Source: Phoronis australis (Eukaryota; Animalia; Phoronida). From it: a DNA stretch of 64,000 bases. Below are positions 54,001 to 64,000 of this stretch, piece after piece. The notes beneath the pieces are model-generated. The model searched no databases. It was given only the letters and a program-made list of their open reading frames with translations, and was not told where the DNA came from. How positions within the stretch are numbered: the stretch's first letter is position 1; every line of letters starts with the position of its first letter. The position numbers were made by a program, and so were the translations under genes. The stretch is taken from the NCBI GenBank assembly GCA_002633005.1, contig NMRA01000057.1, positions 1,018,005-1,082,004 on the forward strand, in the 5' to 3' direction.

Positions 54001-54858
54001 CAGAAATTCTTCAGTTTGGGACACACGATAGCTGAGGCACAGATGAAATGTCATCTTGTCACATTTCTTAACAAAAAATAACTTTTCAGGAAAAACATAA
54101 TTACTTTGCTTTTAACATGGTTTGTATGGCGTAACTGTTACCAAACAACGTTTGGTAAAATTTTGTGCACTTGCAACAATGTGGTGAGATTCTGAAAAAT
54201 AGAAATGTGGCAATTTCATCAATTGTTTTTCTCACAAATTGAAGAATTTTTACAAATCTCATCATAACACTCACTGGTTTTCTATAACAAAGTGATCCAT
54301 CAACCATTTTCTATCAAGTGCTTGGACAACCAAAGAAATCACAGAAGTGCATAGCCACTGACATTTTACCAACCCTCACCTAAGTGTATGTACTCAGGTA
54401 TATAGTTTTAAGTACATGTAGTTTTTGAAAAGGCCGGAAAAAATTTTGTTAACAATGGATAAAACGCTGGAAACTTTTAGGAAAAATTTCCAGAAATGTT
54501 TCATCACAGCGGGTGAATGAAAATGTAATTATTTAAGGCCAAGATATTGGTGGAGTCAAAAATAAAAAACTGACCTCAAAACGTCACGATACATAATAAA
54601 TTTAGAATAAAACCAGTCCAATCATGTACAAGAAGATCAATGGGGGAAGTGAATTGGATTTCTGATCAGTTCATTTACGAGTGAGTGGGCAGGCTTAAAA
54701 GATTATTGGATGGGAGATGTGATCGGCTTATTATTCTATCCTGCAACACCTTGCAGCGCACTGATTTTTGATCACTGCCGCACTACCATTGTTCTACAAA
54801 GGCAGACCGATACTTCCGACAGTAAACAATCAATACTTCCACTATCTAAACACGATAA

Positions 54859-54912
54859 GGACATTTTGGAGCCATGGACATTTTGGAGCGATGGACATTT
54901 TGGAGCGATGCG
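54859..54912. repeat. 3 x ~17-bp tandem repeat
   Basis: ggacattttggagc(c/g)at repeated. Confidence 0.8.
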
Positions 54913-55875
54913 CCTTTAATGGAATAGACCACTTGGGGTACGAGATAAAATCATGGCTTCCTTAAATAACCACACCTAAGATCTATAGCTTGAGAGAAAA
55001 ACCAGCATGAGGTATAACAATTCTCTGACAGTTTCCAGCTGTGAGACTGGTATGTGCTCCCTAGAAGCGAGAATCTCGCGAAAACACATAGATCACGTCA
55101 TACGCCACAAGATACCACCACGTACAAGCGAACCGTGTGAGCACACTAGCTTCCTTTGCAAGACTCGTGCAACTATGTAAGTAAGTTGGCCCAGGTTAGT
55201 AGCATGACACCAAGGACAGTGAGACATGAACCACATTGCTTATAATCTGCAAAAGATCTATTATATTATTCTTGGTTACAATACAGCTTTTGTAAGTGCT
55301 GCACACACAGGGGAAGTTGAGATACAAAAATTGAACAAAGAATTAGGGAATACAAATGTCATCGTGCTGAGATGGCGAAACGTCCCCTTTGCACGATGAA
55401 ACGAACTGCAAAACACCTACCAGCTGAACAACCCTTCCATTTATTATGAACAGACACACACTTTCTAATTGATGAAACAACTTTTCCTGTTGCCAACACA
55501 ACAACAATAATCAGTATAATCATGTTACAAACACAAATTGCACTTTCTGCTTGGCTTTGACGACTGTAAAGGCAATTAACCACTAGCCTTGTACAACATA
55601 TGACAGGGAAGCCAGGACCACTTTCTAATTTTTAATTTTGTCGCAAAAATCTATACCATAAATTTGTTTAGCGCAGTGTTCAACAAGGTGAAACAATGGC
55701 AGGATTACACAATACTGTCGAAAGCAGTTTCAAAATGTAAAGGGCAACAATGGTAGCCACTCGGTCCAAAATCGGAGAGCTCCTACAGCAACATCCTTCG
55801 CGCTTTTAACTTTTCATAGGGACAACCAACATATAACGTTACCAATGACGATGAGAAGACATCAGCCTGACCTAC

Positions 55876-55926
55876 CCAGAACAAGGAGCGCTGACCGATA
55901 CCGCGAAAAAGACGCAGAAAAGACAT
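55876..55926 (-). CDS. Candidate alternative first coding exon MSFLRLFRGIGQRSLFW
   Basis: ATG plus 17 codons, then a TGG|gtaggt phase-0 donor compatible with exon 45774-45905. Confidence 0.35.
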
Positions 55927-57885
55927 CACCTTAGCACTGCCAGAACTTAATTGCATGCGTATGACCATACGATGCACCGCACACAAAGACGGGGAGAAGG
56001 GAAATGATGAAGGAAAATGAATAATTGAACGACGTGAAATGATACTGGTAGTGTAGACCGCAAGGTGCTGACTGGTGGACTCATTAAACCGAATGTGTGT
56101 AGTGAATTAATAATTACAGAACAAGAACGTGAAAGATTACGATAGAAAGCTGAGTATGGTAGCATCAATACTTGAAGCATATATGAAAGCAACAGATTTT
56201 CAGGCAGCGCGATGTACTTGAATGAGGAGACACAGGTGCCAGAATTACCTTAGAGCCCAAAAACTGACATTATTAAGCTAGTTTTAAGACTAACGGTTAC
56301 CACATGGCAGCAGCTAGATTGAAACCTTGCTCTTATGATTTTATAGGGCAAAAAATAAGGCACGTGGCTGAAAATAAATTAAAAATAAGGAATTATCTGA
56401 TCCTAAATTCATCCCTACGAGATGGCAGAGCAATGTTGCTGAAAAAGAAAATCAATAAATAACAGGTCACAACAGGTACCCACAAAAATTAATAACTACA
56501 ATCAGCTGTCTCTACCCAGACAATACCCATGATGCATCTAAAGACAACATATTGAAGCACATGCACAGATTGAACCATCACATGCAGTGAGCAGATTAGC
56601 CAATAGATGTCACTGCCATATCTCAGCAGAGAGGACAAGCCACCATTCTGTCACTATAATTGACTCATGCATCCTCACTTAATCACTGAATGTTGTGACT
56701 TCTGATTTTTCTTGGACTCCATATAATCAATGTTTGATACCACCTAATAAAGAACGTTTGTAACTATCCATCTTTTCGGTTTTCTTAGACAATATGAAAA
56801 ACAACTTGAAAGGATTAAATGAGTTCTGAATTAGGGATTTTAGATATCCACCAACTACAGTCAAGTCGCAGACGATGAAGTGAGCATCACCTTACACAAG
56901 AGATATCGGTATCGGCGATAACACCAACTAGTGACAGAACTACAAACAAGTCTCACAACCATAATCTACTTTGCAAGAGCACTTTTTTCTATCATTTCAT
57001 CCTAATGAGGATCGGAACTATTACTTGTCTAGGTCAGGTTCAGCATTGCAAAAACTGTTACGAGTCCAGCACTGCCCACCCCTACACTTTGCTAACACAA
57101 GGCTGACCAGTGGTCAACATACCAGAAATACCATGTGACTCAAGGAACTGGTGCTGTAGGTAGAGATTCTGATTTTCAGCAACGAAAGAAATGGAGGAGT
57201 CACATACCAGACTTTTTTGATGGAATTAAGTGTTTCCAAGGGAATTCACATTGATTTCAGAAAAATGGCCAGTAATTAATTGATATTCTTGTTTCAATAT
57301 TAAAATTCAAAATACAACCCCTCATCTGTTGCCCAAAGCAGCGAATAGCTTTATAGGTAGAATTCAGACCAATTCATGTCCAACAGGTGGAAGCAATTTT
57401 GTGATCGTGTCTCTAATTCCCAACTTATCACCTAATTCTAGTCCCGACTCAGCAAGACCAACTAGACGTACAAATCCCTAGATCCACACTTCTCAATACA
57501 CACATCCAAACTGGTACAGACACTATGATTCAACTCCACGCCTTGGAACCAGTTTCCACGGCAGCACCTCAAAATTCCACCTGCAGACTAGAGGTCCACC
57601 CATGAATTACGCTCCTAGAGCCTGGAACATGAACACCAAGTAGGAGCAATTTCGGCGCATGTGTGGAGATTAGGAGTGCGGAGATTAGTAGTGCGGGTCT
57701 GAGGATTTGTACCAACAGTTTGGTGTATACAGGACTAGGGGATCATAGGTGTACTTTAGAGGTGCAGCCATGAAATTGTTTCCTCCGCTGATCTTTGTAG
57801 GGTGTCCTATAAAAACTCCAGCCTAAGTTGACCACAGTTGTGAGACTATTAAGAATGCAAGACCACACGACAACCATTCACTTAC

Positions 57886-58560
57886 AGGTCTGTCTGTTTC
57901 AGGCTCGTTCCTAACCGACTCCAAAGTGACTCCACCCCCGTATGGCTCGCCTTCTTCCTCCGACGACTCGGACTTCCTGTCCTCATCTTCATGCGTAACA
58001 GCACCCTCTGACGAGATCGACGCTCGTCGATCCTCCTCCTCGCCTCTTGATGATGCGTACACAGTATCTAAGGTGACACCCCTGCCATATGGTTCGCCAC
58101 CTTCATCGGATGACACAGACATTCGACGTGGTTCACCATTGTCGTCATCCTCTTCCACAAACTCCTCGTGTGTTTCCACAACAACGACCTCTTCCTCGTC
58201 ACCACTCCTGACCTCTTCAGTCATCCTGCTCTCCATGATCTCTGTCATCGTGTTGCCGTCGGCATCAACTCTTGTTATCGTTGTCACCGTGACAACTGTT
58301 CCATCCTCCTCCGTGTATGTTTCCTCCGACCGTTCAACCTCGCGAGGATAGTCGTCCTCCTTGGTAGTGAGTTCAGCATAATCTCTACCATCATCACGTG
58401 GTGAGACGAGTTCTTGATAGTCACCTTCCGAATCACCGCGGCCATTTTTCGAAAGTTCATACAACGGGTTGGAATCGTTTAGTTCAAGGTCATACAGAGG
58501 ATTAGTATTATCCGAGGACTTGACAGCCAGTGGATCAAAGGGATCGGAAGAACCATTTGT
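57886..58560 (-). CDS. Acidic exon TNGSSDPFDPLAVKSSDNTNPLYDLELNDSNPLYELSK...NEPETDRP
   Basis: ttttaccacag| acceptor and CCT|gtaagt donor, 675 bp open frame, phase 0-0. Confidence 0.9.
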
Positions 58561-59315
58561 CTGTGGTAAAAACATGTAATACACTTTACAATGGAGTCCA
58601 ATACACAGGAAACTTGCATAGTACTAGCCTAAAAACAGTTATGAGCTCTAAACACCAACTAGGCAAGTTCCGTCAAAAAATGAGGAGAAACGAGAAAATT
58701 AAATGCAAGATAAAATCTCACAAACTTAGAAAAAATAATTACCAAAAATATCTCATATTCCTTTTTCAAAGTCTTTTCACACTCAGAGCAATCAATATAT
58801 CCACGCCAAATCAAGACTCATATACTTACGTCATCTACCAGTGTCGGGAATTTTCAAAATTTCTCAACATTTCATCCGATTGCAGCTAAGGACACAGAAT
58901 TTGAACATGGTGGGGCATTATATTAGCACTGCATATCTTTCATGAATAATAAAATTTCATGAGTCACCAATATCCCGTCTCAGTTTGGTGAGATCATACC
59001 ATATATAATCAGAAAGTTAACTGGAATTTTATGCAAGGGTTTTGTCTCAGTTTTCTAAAACAAAAGATTTTGTTAGCTTAATTTATTTGATATATGTAAT
59101 ACATGAACATGAAAGCATGTTTATGAAATCAACCTGCAATTTGGTGCACTTACCAATGCAGCAAAATAATCAAACTCGTCGCTTTGATATCTTGCACTGA
59201 AGGACATTTCTCGAAGCGTTACGTTAACAAACTTCCATGCAAAATCAAAACTATACAACCAACTCAACAGAATGGGAGTTGCCGGTCCGGTGAACCAGAG
59301 TGATTATCAACATAC

Positions 59316-59453
59316 CTGTTGAATATCTGTCACATTAGTCTCGTCGCTGGTTGGACCGAAAGGGTCGAAGGGGTCAATCAGTTGAACCGTTCCATTCTGT
59401 GGAGGGGTGTCCGAGGTGGTGGACTCGCTGAAGTCCAACAGCAGGTCAGACAT
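59316..59453 (-). CDS. First coding exon MSDLLLDFSESTTSDTPPQNGTVQLIDPFDPFGPTSDETNVTDIQQ
   Basis: Exon opens at 59472 after ttttttgcag|; aaagATG context; CAG|gtatgt phase-0 donor. Confidence 0.82.
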
Positions 59454-60774
59454 CTTTGTTCCCAGTTAAAGTCTGCAAAAAAGCAGTATAATTTAAATGA
59501 CATAATTCCTTTTTTACCTAGCCACGCAACTTAAATTCAGAGAATGACTTAATTGCTTCGAGATGGCCTCCCCTCGAATGCAATTAACTCACCCATCAAA
59601 AACTGTCACTTTTCCAGTTATTTATGAACTTGGACAAGAATGACATACCTGTTCAGGTAGTGATGGGAAAACAGCGATTAGGTGCCAAGGCATGTCAGTC
59701 TATGACTTAACTATTTACTGTGCAAGGTTTAAATTTTCCCTCAGTTAATAGAGGACGAACAGACATTACAACATGTTAGAGTATGTTCCTAAGAAATCCA
59801 GAGTACACTTTGGTTTGTATTTAGTGCAGATTTGTGTTGTAGACTTGCTGGACATTTACTTAACAGTGTTACTGCCACAGTCCAACTGGTATTAGCAAAA
59901 CATGGGGTGGGGATATGTCCACTGGTAAAGGAAGACGTTGTGAATTACGAAAAATACAAATGAAGAAGACCATATTTAAGATAATACCTTTTTCTTCATT
60001 ATGTCTCATGTCAATTGTTTCTTAATGTACGGAAAATTTACTTATAATTTTTTTTAAAAATGTGGTATCCAGACTTGGCCTCTCCCAACCAAACCCCTAT
60101 GCACGAACAGTACTTGACAGTGTGGCATCAATTTGACGACCTAGTGCTCAAGACATAACCTGATCACCTGTTCAGAGCCAACTATACATTTCAAAGTGGT
60201 AGTCATCATCTAAACTGCATGTGTATACAAGTTTAGATAGGTCTATTCCTAAACTGTAGTGAACCTGCATAACTTACAGACAAGGCTGCACTGCAGTCTC
60301 TGAGACTGCCTGGTTACACAGAAGCAGACGACCATCAACTCTCACTGTGTCAATTCAATAAATATGTACGGTAATGGCAACATTTAATGGCGATGCTGGA
60401 GGTTTACATAGTGCAGAACATATCAACATAAATTATCGTCATCAATGACATGTACCCACATGTCCAATGACATGTACCCACATGTCAGTAGGTAAGCATA
60501 CTGAAATGATTCAGCACCTCTGGGTTTTAACCAACATCCCCCATCTACAGAGCTATCAAACTTAAACAGTCCAGATAACTACTCCTTGTCATTGGACCGC
60601 TACTGATACCTTTGTCCTCTGACTGGCTGAGATTTTAGTAATCAAACAATTATTGACCTTTAGTGAGGTCAATATCCTCGTTTTCAGACTCCACTATGAT
60701 CAAGAATGGCTGGGCTGACAATGTGGAGGGATTTTAAAAAATTTCCATCGCCAGGATTGTGAGTGATGGCTTAC

Positions 60775-61160
60775 CTGACCAATCAGAACTCAGTATTCTC
60801 GACACACCTTCGTTTGCGAGCCACCATTTTACCCAACAAACAACACATTGCCGGGTAACACTTATTGTTGGTTTGTCGACTTTTTACAAGGAGGCGGAGC
60901 TTGCAATAGGTCAACTGACGAACGATCAAAAGATTACATTTTTGAAAGATATATTTTGCAGTCATGAATCCTTCGTTTAAAAAAGCAATCAGCAAATACC
61001 ATTTGATTACGTAAACGTGATTGCATTAATCTCCAAGTCAGAATGCTGAGCGAGCACACGCTTGAAGCCTCATTCAAATGGAAGAAAGATGTCACGGAGC
61101 AACTATAAGTGTGTGTATAAACTGACACGGAGCAAATTGACAAAGCGGCGGCCATTTTTG
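60775..61160 (-). promoter_or_regulatory. Candidate non-coding first exon and promoter-proximal region of the minus-strand gene
   Basis: Strong CAG|gtaagc donor at 60775; relatively CpG-rich; YY1-like aaaatggccgcc at 61145-61160. The upper boundary is a guess. Confidence 0.45.
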
Positions 61161-62072
61161 ATACCGATTTGAGAGGTAGAGTGAGTTGCACTCGATCAGT
61201 TGCTCCAGTGTCAATGACGCATCTAAATCCAACTGGGGCAGGGTGGAAAGGGATCAACTTTCAATGCGCTTGCACAAGAAGGTATAGATGGGCGATCCGT
61301 TAGCATTCCACATGGTTTGGACGATTGCCTTTCTTCATGCGGGCATGCGCAAACAATATTTGAGTAAATGGTTCATGCTGATCTAGTTTGCGATCTGTCG
61401 TACAAATGTAACTTAAGTGGAGTAAGTCCCACCGTGACAACTTGCACCATGACAACTCGCATGTGACAACTGTTCCCCACATAAAAACAGCTTAAATGTA
61501 CACTCAAATTATGTGTATTGAAAGTAAATGAACATTCTAACCTTTGAAAACGCACATTTTATACAACAGTGTGATAGTTGGAACTGTGATGCTTTGATGC
61601 AAGTTTGCTTTCATCTGGTGGTTTACACGTAATAGTTAAATTGAACAATACACGGGACAGTCAGCATGCCAATGACTCAAAAAAGCTTAAAAATACTTTT
61701 GAGTTCATTGACGTGTTTGTGGTACAGAAGTGGCTTCAGGGAACAACATGCCGAGATCTATCACGATGAGATCCGCATTACTTCACATAAAAGTTTAAAA
61801 AGAAATTAAAATCGCATTGCAACAACAGCGGTCAATATGGAGAATTATCGATTTCCTACGAGTTTTTAACTTGGAAATCTGTCCAAACTCTAAATGGTAA
61901 TATTGACCAAAGGTCAGGCTGCGGGATGTTATTTTTCATTCATTCTATTCGCGATCTGACCAATCAGATGTTGTAGAAACCACAAACCCTCTGACTTACG
62001 TCCCGTCCACACTACAGCCTTACATTTGAACAACTTGCACTTTTAAGGGCAACTTTAACCTCACACACAGTA

Positions 62073-62106
62073 GCACGCACGCACGCACACACACACACAC
62101 ACACAC
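62073..62106. repeat. (CACG)n/(CA)n microsatellite
   Basis: gcacgcacgcacgcacacacac. Confidence 0.9.
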
Positions 62107-62793
62107 ATCCGATTATTGGGGTAAGCTAGAAGTTGTTGCTCTGTGCATGACAATGAACACCTAATGCCAAAATGACCCACAAAAGAAAACCCCTCTATAT
62201 GTAACAGCAACTGATAATTACTTCTGTCCTATCCCACTTTTGCGGCCACACAGCAATTAAAAGTGCCCCAAGCTACCCTAGAACAAGTTAGCAAACCTTG
62301 ATAATGTGGAGTGAATTGTCAAAAGTAGTTTCAATAGCATCAAGACTCTGAGCCCTCAAACCTAAGTGGCAACTCGTTTCAGGAGTAACTTGTTCCAGGG
62401 TAAGTTTGCCTGTGAAGGGCACCAGAGTAAACACCCTCTGACTAAGTAAAAAAGAGCAGAGGATGACAGTACAGCCAATCACGGCATTCCATTACCACAG
62501 ACCACCAGTGATCCTTAAAAAAACACATCTGTCGACAAATTTCTGGTGTGATGGATCTCGAGATGTCAATGTTTAACTTCTTTGTGAATTTTCAAAACTT
62601 CTGCATACACTTAGTTTAGCACCACTATTACATAGTGCAACCTCCACAGGGAGTGGTACCCATGTCAAGTCCATGGTATGACCTGAGGACCCACTGTTGT
62701 GTGAAACAACAGGAAGTCATTGTCAAGGTCTTCCAGATATTATTGTAATGGGTACAAAACACACATGGCCCCAGTCAGCAAGGGCATTAATGG

Positions 62794-62878
62794 GATATAA
62801 GGTGCCCCTATTTTGAGAACCCCTTTGATGTCCCTTATTCAGTGGAGAATGTTTCTCAACATAGGGGCACTATAAATC
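62794..62878. mobile_element. Palindromic mini-element, same family as 9060-9149
   Basis: gatataaggtgcccctattttgagaac / gtttctcaacataggggcactataaatc. Confidence 0.65.
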
Positions 62879-64000
62879 AAACCATTGCCACTATGAAGCA
62901 CCCAAACCAAATTTTGGACAAAAAGTGCTACTGACCTAGTTGTACGACATGGCAGAAAATCATGGTTAAAATTTTTGCAAAAATGTACGCCCCTTCGTTC
63001 CACCTAAATACATTCAGCCAGCCCCAGACTCACTAACTCGGGGCAAATGTTCACCTTATTCTACATCAAGGTTAAATGTCAAGTACCAATACAAACCTCA
63101 ATGTATCTATGAACTGTTGTATCATGACACTGCTGGAACAAGTTATCTCCAAGTAGCAGTGGTGTGAATGCTGTTTGAACTAATGAAACTTGACACATGA
63201 GTGACATTTGTACCTCCAGGTAACTGTAGGGTAACCACTGTCCAAGGGTAACTGCCGACAGATCTCAAAACAGTCAAAATGCTTATCTATTTTGAATAAC
63301 TTATCGGTTACGAAAAAAATTGCATTTTTTGTTCATTACAAATTGTGTCCTCAATTAGGTAATATTCTGTCATGAAAGGAAGATCTTACTTTTTGGGCAG
63401 CATGGGCAGTCTTCAGTTTACAAGTGGTTAACTTGAAATTAGTAGCATCAGTGCTTTAAAAAGATAACACACTGAGAAAACAGGGGCCTCTTGCCCGTAT
63501 CTGGCATGCATGCATGTACTGCGATCCCAATGGAGAGCCTGTTTCTGTGGTGAAGGCTCTCCTGAAAATCCAGGTACGGTATTCAAGTCCATCCTAGGTT
63601 GCTATGTTTCATATGTTTAGCCATCTGTCATAACTATCAAACTGTTACAAGTGTAATCTACACAATGACAGCTCAGTAAATCAGCAATAAATACCCAGTT
63701 ATGAAAGAGGATATTTATTGAGTTACAGTTCAATGCCCATGAACAGCCGTTAACAAGGAATAAAGCCCAAATTATGACACATTAGCAAATCAATTGGAAA
63801 AAAAAACATTATACAGGAAGGATTTACAGAAAATTGGGAAGTCAGGGAGCTCAGATGGAGAAATCCAACAGTTGGAACAAATTCTGTGGCTGTGGCAACA
63901 CTCTCCAAGATGCTCCACAAACACACGAGGTCACAATTAGCAGACATGATAGACCCAGTGCCTCTATCAACATTCCAATCGTGTCTGATGAACTCATTAG

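Overview
Eukaryotic (animal, probably marine invertebrate) genomic DNA from a heterozygous draft assembly, with GT-AG introns, an N-gap and gap-flanking duplications. Two convergent spliced genes are present. (1) On the + strand are the last three coding exons of viperin/RSAD2 (126-218, 4944-5126, 6776-6940). They are intact, end in ...KADMKLDW, and their introns are packed with PIF/Harbinger-type elements, one carrying a decayed Myb/SANT gene. (2) On the - strand is a ~44 kb gene (candidate 5' UTR exon ending at 60775, stop at 17187). Sixteen phase-compatible coding exons join by hand into an acidic, low-complexity protein of about 1015 aa with about 7 copies of a GEFENTP-VRxDVVRE-EELPEEG-AKSLLAKFKSxE module; a cytoskeletal or actin-associated role is tentative. 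This gene also shows several candidate in-phase alternative first exons, two of which share a PPVWH motif. It has cassette exons carrying signalling motifs (DPF, NPxY, PxIxIT, 14-3-3) and one exon with a distal branch point. Its last two exons are duplicated across the N-gap, most likely as uncollapsed alleles. No prokaryotic-type systems or CRISPR arrays were seen. All gene models are manual and lack transcript support.
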